The position numbers and the translations under genes were made by a program. This document shows, one piece after another, positions 47,308 through 56,114 of a stretch of DNA of 64,000 nt. Below the pieces are notes generated by a model. It was not told the origin of the DNA and ran no database searches. It saw only the letters and a program-made list of their open reading frames with translations. Each line of letters begins with the position of its first letter. Positions within the stretch are counted from its first letter, which is position 1. Source of the DNA: a virus (taxonomy: Duplodnaviria; Heunggongvirae; Uroviricota; Caudoviricetes); IMG/VR virus record IMGVR_UViG_3300001199_000003, positions 58,537 to 122,536 of that record. One strand, written 5' to 3'.

Positions 47308-47826
47308 ATGAAGTACGAATTAAACCTAGTTTCAGTAGCTCGCCAATTTGCCGAAGAAGCTCATGGTGATCAAAAATACGACAATATGCCTTATACTAAC
47401 GCGCACTTGGACAAAGTTGTTCATACTCTGACGTTCTTCACAAACGATCCAGTTGTTTTGGCTATGGGATATCTTCACGATGTTTTAGAAGATACTTCTG
47501 TGACCTACGATGAATTAGCTAAGACTTTTGGTCACGTTATAGCCAATGGAGTCCTAGCTTTAACGGACCAGAAAGGTAACTCTCGTTTTGAGAGACAATT
47601 CCTTACCTACGTGAGACTTCGCGACAATCGTGAAGCTCTCCTGGTTAAGCTCTGCGACCGTATCACGAATATGCGCGCATCATTTGGCACAAAACACGCT
47701 GCCGCTTACGTTAAAGAATATGAGCGTTTTAAGGGCTCACTCTACGTAGAAGACGATCTATTTGAAGGTGCTTGGATTATCTTAGATTCACTATATAATG
47801 GCTTACTTGATGAGAGTAAAAAATGA
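47308..47826 (+). CDS. HD-domain phosphohydrolase, SpoT/Mesh1-like (p)ppGpp hydrolase family
   Basis: AMGYLHDVLEDTSVTYDEL matches the HD motif of the RelA/SpoT hydrolase domain (LLHDVVEDT). 172 aa, single domain. Confidence 0.5.
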   Translation: MKYELNLVSVARQFAEEAHGDQKYDNMPYTNAHLDKVVHTLTFFTNDPVVLAMGYLHDVLEDTSVTYDELAKTFGHVIANGVLALTDQKGNSRFERQFLTYVRLRDNREALLVKLCDRITNMRASFGTKHAAAYVKEYERFKGSLYVEDDLFEGAWIILDSLYNGLLDESKK

Positions 47827-48041
47827 AAATAAACTCTTATGAAGAAAATAATGATGGTAAAAAAGACATAATTCTTACTGAAAATGGTAAAGATATTGTA
47901 ATCATTAAAGAAGAGTTCTATAAGCCATACGCCACTTACGAGCAGATGCAAGATCCAATTGAGATGGCCAAAATAGTATCTTCGGTGTTTTTAGCTATTG
48001 CGCTTAGGATGGCGAAAGAGAAAAACCTTGATAGTAAATGA
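47823..48041 (+). CDS. hypothetical protein
   Basis: Track ORF. Confidence 0.35.
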   Translation: MKINSYEENNDGKKDIILTENGKDIVIIKEEFYKPYATYEQMQDPIEMAKIVSSVFLAIALRMAKEKNLDSK

Positions 48042-48100
48042 TCACTTCCGAAGTTCTTTTGGCGCAGTAGAATTTTGTTTCAAAGGAAAGATAGTTTTTA

Positions 48101-48397
48101 TTGGAATTATTAATAAAAAGTTTCACTTCTTTAAATGGAATACAAATGGATGATATTGATTTTGAATGGAACCTATATCACGATAACAACAACCGTAACT
48201 ATCACGACGTTAAGCGAATTGAACAGCTGGAAGAGTATGCTAGAAAAATGTCTGATCCTAACAATGCTTTCTATGTTAGTCACACTAGAGAGTACGAAGT
48301 GAAAGAGCTAGATGGCACTATTAGGATTGAAAAAGTTTCTTACATTAAAAATATTCAGCAAATGGCCAAAGACGCAAAGAATGCTCTGGAGAAATAA
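48101..48397 (+). CDS. hypothetical protein
   Basis: Track ORF. Confidence 0.4.
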   Translation: MELLIKSFTSLNGIQMDDIDFEWNLYHDNNNRNYHDVKRIEQLEEYARKMSDPNNAFYVSHTREYEVKELDGTIRIEKVSYIKNIQQMAKDAKNALEK

Positions 48398-48678
48398 TGG
48401 TAGCTAATCACAAACGAAAGCGCCACATTGAAATGAACTATAGGGACCTACAGCGGGTCAATCACCTCGACTTAGAAGGTTCAGAACGCATGAGAGCTAA
48501 GCAGCTAGTACGTCAAGGTCTAGAAGATTCCGAGGACGAAAAAGACCGTGAAATCCAGCAAGAGATTGACTGGGAAGAAGAAATGGAATTAAATTACCAA
48601 TGCTACCTTAAAGAAAAAGCAGATCCTGAAAACTATAAATGTACCTGTTACGATAAACCACAAGAGACCGAAGAATGA
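48397..48678 (+). CDS. hypothetical acidic protein
   Basis: Track ORF. Confidence 0.4.
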   Translation: MVANHKRKRHIEMNYRDLQRVNHLDLEGSERMRAKQLVRQGLEDSEDEKDREIQQEIDWEEEMELNYQCYLKEKADPENYKCTCYDKPQETEE

Positions 48679-48947
48679 ATTGGCAAGGTAAAACCATATC
48701 AGCAGCAGGAACCCTTACGGCCCAGATGATTGAAGATTGCGCCCAACGGTGCATGGCTAACTTCGGTAGACCAGAGATTATTCCAGTATCGCAAAAGTTC
48801 ATCGACGATCTATTAGCTTGGGAAGCTCTCGAAAGAGAATGGAAGAAGCACCCTCCTTACATCTATAAACAGTTGAAACTCAAACACTTCCTCAAAGGAA
48901 AGTGGGCAAAACCTAGAGAAATCAAAGTATTGCCCTTACCTCTATGA
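48675..48947 (+). CDS. hypothetical protein
   Basis: Track ORF. Confidence 0.4.
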   Translation: MNWQGKTISAAGTLTAQMIEDCAQRCMANFGRPEIIPVSQKFIDDLLAWEALEREWKKHPPYIYKQLKLKHFLKGKWAKPREIKVLPLPL

Positions 48948-49360
48948 GCCTTTGGACTAACGCAATATGTGAAAAATGTGGCTTCGTTCTAATGCACTGC
49001 CAGTGTAAGAAGATCGAAGATATAATAGCTAATGCTGGGTTCCGAAACAATAAAATATGGCATTCAGCTCAACATGGACCAGGAGAATTTTCTTCGTACT
49101 TTGACTACCTATTTGAACGCCGCCTACAAGGTAAAGAAGATCTTGAGCCAAAGCCAGAAGAGGTGTGGGAAGCTATGAAGATGCAACTCAATTTCTACCA
49201 AATATCGTTAGCTAAAGCCGCAGAAAACTTCACGAAACTAGAAAACAAGTTTCGTGATGCCAATACGTTAATTTCAGACTTGACAAAAGATGCGGTTGAG
49301 GATAAAAATAAGCTACTTGCTGAAATTGAAAGCAAAAATAAAAAGCTGGGGTTAGAATGA
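48944..49360 (+). CDS. hypothetical protein
   Basis: Track ORF with an N-terminal CEKCG...CQC motif. Confidence 0.45.
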   Translation: MSLWTNAICEKCGFVLMHCQCKKIEDIIANAGFRNNKIWHSAQHGPGEFSSYFDYLFERRLQGKEDLEPKPEEVWEAMKMQLNFYQISLAKAAENFTKLENKFRDANTLISDLTKDAVEDKNKLLAEIESKNKKLGLE

Positions 49361-49632
49361 AAATTACACTTGAATTTGATTCAAATAATGAAGATGACAT
49401 GGAACGCTACGAAACCATGATGAAAGCTTCTAAGTATCAGGCAGTGATTGAATCGGTTAGGAATGAGATTTTCCGACCCGCCCGTAAGCACGGATATCCT
49501 GATTCTAATATTAATAAACTCATAGAAGATTGCGGAGTTACCCATGAGCAGTATGGGCGTGGTGAAGAAATTATCTCAAAATTAGAAGAAATCTGGGGTG
49601 AAATCCTGGAAAGATACGAAATAAAGGATTAG
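49357..49632 (+). CDS. hypothetical protein
   Basis: Track ORF. Confidence 0.4.
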   Translation: MKITLEFDSNNEDDMERYETMMKASKYQAVIESVRNEIFRPARKHGYPDSNINKLIEDCGVTHEQYGRGEEIISKLEEIWGEILERYEIKD

Positions 49633-49633
49633 T

Positions 49634-49852
49634 ATGATCTTATTTATATTGGCTTGGTTCATTATGGGACTTATCTCACACGTTCTGAACGAAAAATGCC
49701 ACAAAGTATGTGGATTCCACCAGGAATTCGATTCATTCGGTGACGTAGCCGTAGTCATGTTGGGCCCAATTTGCGGTATTATCGCAATTGCAGCCATGAT
49801 CATGCTGGTCTCTTACTCTAAAATTAAAAGCAAATTCGGCAATAAACAATGA
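49634..49852 (+). CDS. small two-helix membrane protein (holin-like?)
   Basis: Two hydrophobic segments and a charged C-terminus. Confidence 0.35.
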   Translation: MILFILAWFIMGLISHVLNEKCHKVCGFHQEFDSFGDVAVVMLGPICGIIAIAAMIMLVSYSKIKSKFGNKQ

Positions 49853-50316
49853 TTCGATGGGATAAAATCTGGCTTCTAATTTGTAACATGGATACGTTAA
49901 GTACCTTAAGCCCAAAAGTAGCTAAATTCCTGTGGAACGAATGTCCTCTTAAAATCTATCTCTCCAGCCAAGAAGACGTGGCTACTTATTGGTACGACGG
50001 AACCTGGAGCAAGCCCATCCATATTGAGTTGGGCAAGTTCAGATCCCGCAAATTGCGCTACACAGCCCTTCTACACGAAGTTGGCCACTATAAAGATCAC
50101 ACTATTCTAAAGCACCGATTCCGCAAGTCAGACCAAAAGAAGTGCGAGAAAGCTGCTTGGAAATGGGCTCTTAGATTTTCAGAGAAATACCAAATACCTA
50201 TCAATTTAGAAGTAGCTAGGCTTTGGCTTAACACTTATGGGGCTAAATATAAGTGCCTCGATAATAAGGTGGAACAAAATGAAACTCAAATGCGTAATAA
50301 ACAAAACAGAACCTAG
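49849..50316 (+). CDS. HExxH-motif putative metallopeptidase
   Basis: ALLHEVGHYKDH resembles the ImmA/IrrE-type HExxH motif. Confidence 0.35.
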   Translation: MIRWDKIWLLICNMDTLSTLSPKVAKFLWNECPLKIYLSSQEDVATYWYDGTWSKPIHIELGKFRSRKLRYTALLHEVGHYKDHTILKHRFRKSDQKKCEKAAWKWALRFSEKYQIPINLEVARLWLNTYGAKYKCLDNKVEQNETQMRNKQNRT

Positions 50317-50524
50317 ATGGGAAGGCGATAAACCTAAACCTATTCCAGGATTAACTAAGAACAAGATTTACGAAGGCGGAATTCTTAGCAAGACAGATTA
50401 CGTAGAAAGCTCTAATGGATTTGGAATTTCTCACTCTTATGAAGTTAACGGTGTTGCATTCTTGATTTTCAATAATGATAAAAAATGGAAATCTTATCCT
50501 GTAGAACTATTCGAGCCTGTATGA
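50279..50524 (+). CDS. hypothetical protein
   Basis: Internal Met of the track ORF 50237..50524. Overlaps the upstream gene end. Confidence 0.3.
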   Translation: MKLKCVINKTEPRWEGDKPKPIPGLTKNKIYEGGILSKTDYVESSNGFGISHSYEVNGVAFLIFNNDKKWKSYPVELFEPV

Positions 50525-50853
50525 AATGGGAACAAGGAAGACAGGGAACAGGCTATAAAAAGCACAAGTTCTTTGAAATCGGCAACAGCTTCTTCGGCGG
50601 AATGGACCTCTACCTTCTAAAATATGAAGAGGGCGACTCAATCCCAGTCCACACAGATCCAGTCAAAAACAAGAAACATTATCGAATAAATCTAGAGTTG
50701 AAGTCTGCCAGATCTGGCGGAGAACTATATGTTGAGAACCCAATCTTAAGATTTGGTCCACTTGCAGTTTTTCGTAGCGATTTATCCCGACATGCGGTAC
50801 ACTTAGTCGAGAAAGGCACAAGATATGTGCTATCACTAGGAGTTGCTATATGA
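50521..50853 (+). CDS. 2OG-Fe(II) oxygenase-like protein
   Basis: IPVHTDPV (HxD), a distal HAVH histidine and an RYVLSLG (RxS) segment. ATG overlaps the upstream stop. Confidence 0.4.
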   Translation: MKWEQGRQGTGYKKHKFFEIGNSFFGGMDLYLLKYEEGDSIPVHTDPVKNKKHYRINLELKSARSGGELYVENPILRFGPLAVFRSDLSRHAVHLVEKGTRYVLSLGVAI

Positions 50854-51407
50854 ACATTTTCGGATGGCTAACAAAAGAAAAACCAAAAACAGAGGTTAAG
50901 ACGTGGGTAAAACAGGAAAATCCAACACCTGTTCCAGCCCTTAGCTTTGAGCAGAAAAAAGATCAAATAATTCAAAGTTTCCATGCTTCTATTGGAAAAA
51001 TGAAGTCAGAAAAACAAGTAGAATTAGATGCTTGGAAAAAAGAACAAGAAACTAAACCTAAATTTAAGTGCGTCATAGTTACTGCAGATGAAGAACTTGA
51101 GACGGATGTTTTTGAGCCATTAGGAAGCCTCTTCACAGAGGACTACGGTCGTCACGAAAGAAGAAGTTGGCGACACAGAAATGAAAAAGAAAATATTGAA
51201 GACGTAGAGCGTCAATATAATCCTTTCTTTGTGAGCGTTTACTTAAATCTTCAAACCTCTGAAGAACGAGCTGTTAATTTTGCTAATGGCCAACAAGACA
51301 TTGCGAATAGACATCTTACTATGGGTTATTTTTGTCCAAAAACCAAACAAATGATACCGCACAAAGAAATCAAAAAGATTAAATTAGTGCAAGTATCGGA
51401 GGAATAA
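50850..51407 (+). CDS. hypothetical protein
   Basis: Track ORF. Confidence 0.45.
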   Translation: MNIFGWLTKEKPKTEVKTWVKQENPTPVPALSFEQKKDQIIQSFHASIGKMKSEKQVELDAWKKEQETKPKFKCVIVTADEELETDVFEPLGSLFTEDYGRHERRSWRHRNEKENIEDVERQYNPFFVSVYLNLQTSEERAVNFANGQQDIANRHLTMGYFCPKTKQMIPHKEIKKIKLVQVSEE

Positions 51408-51408
51408 T

Positions 51409-51825
51409 ATGCACAACGGAGACGGAATAGCCTTATTGATTTTAGCCATATTTGCCGGATTTATCGTAATGATTCCAATTGGGATCTATCAATGCGTCAA
51501 AGAATCTAAAAAAGAAGATGCCGAAAAAGCACAGGATAAGTTGATGGCTGAAGAAAAACTTGCCATAGAAATGACTCAGCCAAAGAGTCGAATTCGATTC
51601 GTAGATCATAGTTACATGGAACACGTCTCTAGAACTTACGATCCTTATGTTACCTCAAACAGATTTCTAAGAAACGCAAATGAATACTACAGCGTAGTGT
51701 CTTCTGCAAGAGTAGCCGGATTTGCCCTAAAAGAAGCTTACGAAAGAGGCTACATTAGAGATCCTGAAGGTAACACTTTTCCTACCTGTAACCTACATAA
51801 ACTCACAATCGAGGAAGTAAAATGA
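51409..51825 (+). CDS. N-terminal TM protein, i-spanin-like
   Basis: Single N-terminal TM helix then a soluble domain. Overlaps the downstream lipoprotein gene by 4 nt. Confidence 0.35.
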   Translation: MHNGDGIALLILAIFAGFIVMIPIGIYQCVKESKKEDAEKAQDKLMAEEKLAIEMTQPKSRIRFVDHSYMEHVSRTYDPYVTSNRFLRNANEYYSVVSSARVAGFALKEAYERGYIRDPEGNTFPTCNLHKLTIEEVK

Positions 51826-52061
51826 AACTCTTATTTATCCTATTATTTTTAGCTAGTTGCACGTCAGCCCCTAAACAACCTAAAGCAGAACCGTGGGCTG
51901 CAGGTGACTGTGTGGCCTGGAAACCTAGAGCGTTGATTGGCCAAATCCACAAAGTTATTCCGCCAAATGAAGACGGCGGAGAATACCTGTATGGAATTCA
52001 ATATTTCGCAGAAGAAAAAAAAGATAAGGTGTTAGAAGTAATTCCTTGTCCTAAAGAGTAG
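51822..52061 (+). CDS. small lipoprotein, o-spanin-like
   Basis: Lipobox LASC. Pro-rich, with three further Cys. Confidence 0.4.
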   Translation: MKLLFILLFLASCTSAPKQPKAEPWAAGDCVAWKPRALIGQIHKVIPPNEDGGEYLYGIQYFAEEKKDKVLEVIPCPKE

Positions 52062-52064
52062 AAC

Positions 52065-52352
52065 ATGAGATATCTTTTAGAAATTTTTCACCCTGCTCAG
52101 TTGGCTTTAATGGTATTTCTACTTATTTCTATGCCAACTGCGTTATTTTTCGCAATTAGAGATATTAATAAGCCAGCTAAAGTTACTTTTCAAGATCTTG
52201 GAAATGGTCAAGTATTCGTTGATGTCGATAAGATTGACCCAAAAACATTGATCAGCGAAATAGCCAGAAAATACGGCAGCAACTACAGGATTATTACGAC
52301 TAATTCCACGCAGTCTGGAGTTATGAGATCCGTTGTTATCGAGGTACTTTAA
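52065..52352 (+). CDS. small membrane-anchored protein
   Basis: N-terminal TM helix. Confidence 0.4.
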   Translation: MRYLLEIFHPAQLALMVFLLISMPTALFFAIRDINKPAKVTFQDLGNGQVFVDVDKIDPKTLISEIARKYGSNYRIITTNSTQSGVMRSVVIEVL

Positions 52353-52660
52353 TGAAAATCTGCGGAATTAATATTAAACATGGCCGAGAAGCTGAAGCTG
52401 GCATTCATTGCTGTAACGGATGTCCTTGTACTTACACTGACGAATCCGAACAGATCTCAAACTATGGATGTCTTCCAGACTGGAATAATCTAGTTGAGAA
52501 ATACCTCAACAATGAAGGTATCTGGAAATGTCACTCTCGCGACGTTCCATGTGGAGGACTGATTCAAGTCCTAAAAATGAATAATATTCCACTCGATAAG
52601 AACAATAAAATGCTAGTTACTGAGGATAATCCAATCATTAAAGGGAGAATCCTGCCATGA
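52352..52660 (+). CDS. hypothetical Cys-rich protein
   Basis: Multiple Cys: CGIN...CCNGCPC...C...C. Confidence 0.4.
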   Translation: MKICGINIKHGREAEAGIHCCNGCPCTYTDESEQISNYGCLPDWNNLVEKYLNNEGIWKCHSRDVPCGGLIQVLKMNNIPLDKNNKMLVTEDNPIIKGRILP

Positions 52661-52995
52661 AAAAGTACGTCCCTGGCGACAAGATCATGATCAAAATCGG
52701 CAATCGCAAGATTGAAACGTATATTGACCCACATGGAACTCAACGGATCACTCCAGTAAATAAGCTTTACAATTATCTGTACGAGTGCGGAAAGCTAGAT
52801 CTGAATAGGTTAGCTGTAGCCGTAGATACTGGCCAATTCAAGTTTAAAGACTATTTTGAGCTGTACCTGAGTATTGGCTATTCTGTAAGCGGTTTTTCTG
52901 AGCTTTCTAGGTTTCAGAAATATCAAATCAAAAATCCTCTATGGGAACAAGAATGGCTTGAAACTTTCAAACAAGAACATGAAAGCAGAACATGA
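52657..52995 (+). CDS. hypothetical protein
   Basis: Track ORF. Confidence 0.4.
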   Translation: MKKYVPGDKIMIKIGNRKIETYIDPHGTQRITPVNKLYNYLYECGKLDLNRLAVAVDTGQFKFKDYFELYLSIGYSVSGFSELSRFQKYQIKNPLWEQEWLETFKQEHESRT

Positions 52996-53243
52996 GCTGC
53001 AAGTGCCGAAAACCCCAAAGACTTGAAAACGCAGCAGGTGGAATTAAGTTCTACGTCTGTGCCAAGTCCAGAGGTGGATGTGGAGAGGAAATAATTGATC
53101 TTGACTTTGGCACGTTTAACCCTTACGATATTCTAGATAAAGACTGTACCGAATGTGCCGGTACTGGCGTTGCTTTGAGACTTTCATCGGCTGGATATTA
53201 CGAAGCTAGATGCGAGCACTGCGACGGAAGCGGGAGAATATGA
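52992..53243 (+). CDS. DnaJ-type CxxCxGxG zinc-finger protein (paralog 1)
   Basis: CTECAGTG and CEHCDGSG repeats. N-terminal MSCKC...FYVCAKSRGGCGEEI. Confidence 0.45.
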   Translation: MSCKCRKPQRLENAAGGIKFYVCAKSRGGCGEEIIDLDFGTFNPYDILDKDCTECAGTGVALRLSSAGYYEARCEHCDGSGRI

Positions 53244-53632
53244 GCTGCAAATGTCAACAACCTAAGAAGATTAAGAATTCCGCTGGTGGAGTTGATTTTT
53301 ACGTTTGTGCCAAATCTCAAGGTGGGTGCGGTGAAGAGATTGGTGTAGGCAAAGTAGTGACTGGAAGCAAGGCTAGGATTTACATGAATGGTCAGCTCGT
53401 AGGTGAGTTTGGGGAACCTGAAAAATCTTCCACAGATCACATGGTAGACGCCATAAGATATACGATGAACCGTCAGGCTGGATATAACGTAAATCCTCAT
53501 CTTCCTCCACTTCCTAAAACAGAAGAATGTCCTGCTTGCCATGGAGCAGGTTGGTATGCTAAACTGTACCCTAATGGACATACCGAAGAATCGTGCGATT
53601 ATTGCGATGGTATTGGGGAAGTAGAGCTATGA
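53240..53632 (+). CDS. DnaJ-type CxxCxGxG zinc-finger protein (paralog 2)
   Basis: Same N-terminus (MSCKCQQ...FYVCAKSQGGCGEEIG) plus CPACHGAG and CDYCDGIG. ATGA overlap with paralog 1. The track ORF begins at 53210. Confidence 0.45.
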   Translation: MSCKCQQPKKIKNSAGGVDFYVCAKSQGGCGEEIGVGKVVTGSKARIYMNGQLVGEFGEPEKSSTDHMVDAIRYTMNRQAGYNVNPHLPPLPKTEECPACHGAGWYAKLYPNGHTEESCDYCDGIGEVEL

Positions 53633-53856
53633 GCAAGATACGGTCCCAGGATTGCGCTATAGAAGTTAGAACTCAGCGTGGAGAGATTATTCCAGCCGTA
53701 TTCTATGTGAATGGTCACGCCCTATTCAAGGGGAATATTCCACTAGAATCTAAGAAAGATATTCACCAATACATTTACGAAGAAATTTTTGATAATTGCC
53801 CTTTAACTTGGGCCGATTTTTGTAAGGTTAAAATACACAATAGAGATTTTATATGA
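53629..53856 (+). CDS. hypothetical protein
   Basis: Internal Met of the track ORF 53593..53856. ATGA overlap. Confidence 0.35.
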   Translation: MSKIRSQDCAIEVRTQRGEIIPAVFYVNGHALFKGNIPLESKKDIHQYIYEEIFDNCPLTWADFCKVKIHNRDFI

Positions 53857-54617
53857 AATATCCAATAGACCCAGCTACCACAGAAACTTTCCTTGGCCAT
53901 CTTATCTCGCACGATAGGGCTCAAAGACAGTATATTACAGCCATTTCAGAGCTTCTTAAAGAGGCTATGGGCGAATCTGGCGCTAAAGAGACTGACTGGT
54001 ATCGCGAGGCTAAATCACTATTTAAGATCCAAGCAAACATCAATATGTTGCACGAAAATCGTCTTTTCGACGCTAAAAATGGACACCAAGACAAGCATAC
54101 TGTCACTGTAGAGGCTCCAGTTCCATTAGGAAACGTGGAGATCGAATCTAAAGTATCTGTTCCAGGCGTTCAAATAGACCCAGAAACTAACGTGAGACTG
54201 AACGAGGAAGAGAAAGCCTTCGGAGAAGAAATGTCTGAAGAGGAGCTAGCTAAGCTCTTTGGCCAAAAGGTTGACAAGAAGGGTGGAGTCGATCTTTCTA
54301 AGAAGAATCCTTTCAATGGCATGACCCTAGATGAAATCAATGAATGGGAAGCTAAACAGAACAATTCAAACGACATTTATAAGATCAAAGCCCGTGTTCA
54401 AAACTTAGCCGTTGGGATCTCTGGTGGAAACCTTACCCCAGTGGGTGAGATGCTTACAAACACATTTGTTCACTTATTTAAAGATCTTTATGACTTTGCG
54501 GAGACTATTCCAGATAAAGAAGTTAAGATCGCTCTTACGGAAAAGATCCGAAAACATGAGTCTGCGCCTGGGAACCTTATTTCGGCTACCGTCTCTGGAG
54601 TCAAGAATAAGAAATGA
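53853..54617 (+). CDS. hypothetical protein
   Basis: Track ORF. Confidence 0.45.
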   Translation: MKYPIDPATTETFLGHLISHDRAQRQYITAISELLKEAMGESGAKETDWYREAKSLFKIQANINMLHENRLFDAKNGHQDKHTVTVEAPVPLGNVEIESKVSVPGVQIDPETNVRLNEEEKAFGEEMSEEELAKLFGQKVDKKGGVDLSKKNPFNGMTLDEINEWEAKQNNSNDIYKIKARVQNLAVGISGGNLTPVGEMLTNTFVHLFKDLYDFAETIPDKEVKIALTEKIRKHESAPGNLISATVSGVKNKK

Positions 54618-55111
54618 AAACTATACCTCTTAGTCAAGGTAAATTTGCTATAGTTGATGACGAAGACTTTGATCGGGTTAACGTCTATAAATGGACTTGG
54701 ACAAAACGCAGTAACGATTCTGGAGAAGGATACGCTCTAAGAACTTTTGGTCCAAGAAAACAAAGAAAACGGGAAATGCTTCACAATTTCATAATGAAAA
54801 TTGAGGTAGGAACAATTAGAGCAGACCATAAAAACGGTAATGGATTAGACAACAGAAAGGAAAATTTGCGCCTTTCAACACAGCAGCAGAACCTAAGAAA
54901 CCGGTCACATGATCCACTAGCAAAATCTGGGTTCCGTGGCGTGTATTTCAAGAAAAACGTATCTAAGCCTTGGTACTCTAGGATCAGAGTAGAAGGTAAG
55001 AAAAATATCCATTTAGGGTATTTTATAACTCCAGAAGAAGCAGCTAAAGCTTTTGATCAAGCTGCGAAGCTTTACTTTGGAGAATTTTGCGGTAAGCTCA
55101 ACTATGAGTAA
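54614..55111 (+). CDS. HNH homing endonuclease with AP2 DNA-binding domain
   Basis: ADHKNGNGLDNRKENLR HNH motif. C-terminal SGFRGVYF...WYSRIRVEGKKNIHLGYF...EAAKAFDQAA AP2-like domain. Confidence 0.6.
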   Translation: MKTIPLSQGKFAIVDDEDFDRVNVYKWTWTKRSNDSGEGYALRTFGPRKQRKREMLHNFIMKIEVGTIRADHKNGNGLDNRKENLRLSTQQQNLRNRSHDPLAKSGFRGVYFKKNVSKPWYSRIRVEGKKNIHLGYFITPEEAAKAFDQAAKLYFGEFCGKLNYE

Positions 55112-55376
55112 ATATCTACAGACCGATAACACCATTGATGTGATTGCGCCGCGATGGGTCGAAGATTATGACTTGTTTTTCGGACCAACAAGTGCTAAAA
55201 TCGACGTTAATGTAGTGGTCCAAGATTTTGATAGGACTTCTGAGGTTCTAGTTCATCTAGGTTTGGCCCCAAGCAAAGGTTGGTGTCGAAAGAATAACTG
55301 GGATAAACCATTAGAACCAGGCTATCAAGAGATTGAATTTGGAAAGCTAAAATATAAATTATGTATATTGAGGTAA
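55104..55376 (+). CDS. hypothetical protein
   Basis: Internal Met of the track ORF 55053..55376. Confidence 0.35.
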   Translation: MSKYLQTDNTIDVIAPRWVEDYDLFFGPTSAKIDVNVVVQDFDRTSEVLVHLGLAPSKGWCRKNNWDKPLEPGYQEIEFGKLKYKLCILR

Positions 55377-55377
55377 C

Positions 55378-55680
55378 ATGCAATACAAAAGATTTGTCAA
55401 AAGCCATTTAAGTACGCTTGAGCATTTTATTGAACAAAATGGGTGGCCACTTGCAATCCGCGATAAAAACAATGGAGTCTCAACAGTAGAAGCGGAAGAG
55501 ATCTGTCGATACTCTTCAGCGTTCTTTATACAGGACAATCTCCTGAAGTTCGATAAGGATAAGAAGGTTCCAGCTCCTATCATGGCGGAATTCTATAAGA
55601 TTAAATACTTAGAAGCTAAGAAAGAACTTCAGAGAATATTCAAAATTACAGATAAATTCACAGAGGATCTAAATTCATGA
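55378..55680 (+). CDS. hypothetical protein
   Basis: Track ORF. Confidence 0.4.
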   Translation: MQYKRFVKSHLSTLEHFIEQNGWPLAIRDKNNGVSTVEAEEICRYSSAFFIQDNLLKFDKDKKVPAPIMAEFYKIKYLEAKKELQRIFKITDKFTEDLNS

Positions 55681-56114
55681 ACGAAAAAATTATTTGCGTA
55701 GACCCAATTGAAGGCTACCTCACTAAAGGTAAAGAATACGAGTTCCAGAAGATCGAGTCATACGCTGGCAGAGCAGTGATCATCGACGATACTGGTCGCG
55801 AAGGCCACTATAAGCCTGAACGCTTTACTCTCTACGGAGAAAACCTGGAGCAGATGGTAAAATACTACAAAGTGAAGCTTACTCGCGTAAACTCTACTCA
55901 CCAAAACCTTCAAAGAGACGAAATGATGTGCCGTACAGGATTTAAACCTGAAGTTGGACATTGTATGTTCTTTTCAGGCGATTCTTTGGCCAAATATCAA
56001 GGTCCAAGCCTTATTCAGACGACTCCTGTGAAGGAAATGTCTTTCGACGAAAAGACCAATACTTATACGATCAAAACTAGAAACACCACTTACACGATAC
56101 AATATTATGTATAA
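55677..56114 (+). CDS. hypothetical protein
   Basis: Track ORF. Confidence 0.45.
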   Translation: MNEKIICVDPIEGYLTKGKEYEFQKIESYAGRAVIIDDTGREGHYKPERFTLYGENLEQMVKYYKVKLTRVNSTHQNLQRDEMMCRTGFKPEVGHCMFFSGDSLAKYQGPSLIQTTPVKEMSFDEKTNTYTIKTRNTTYTIQYYV

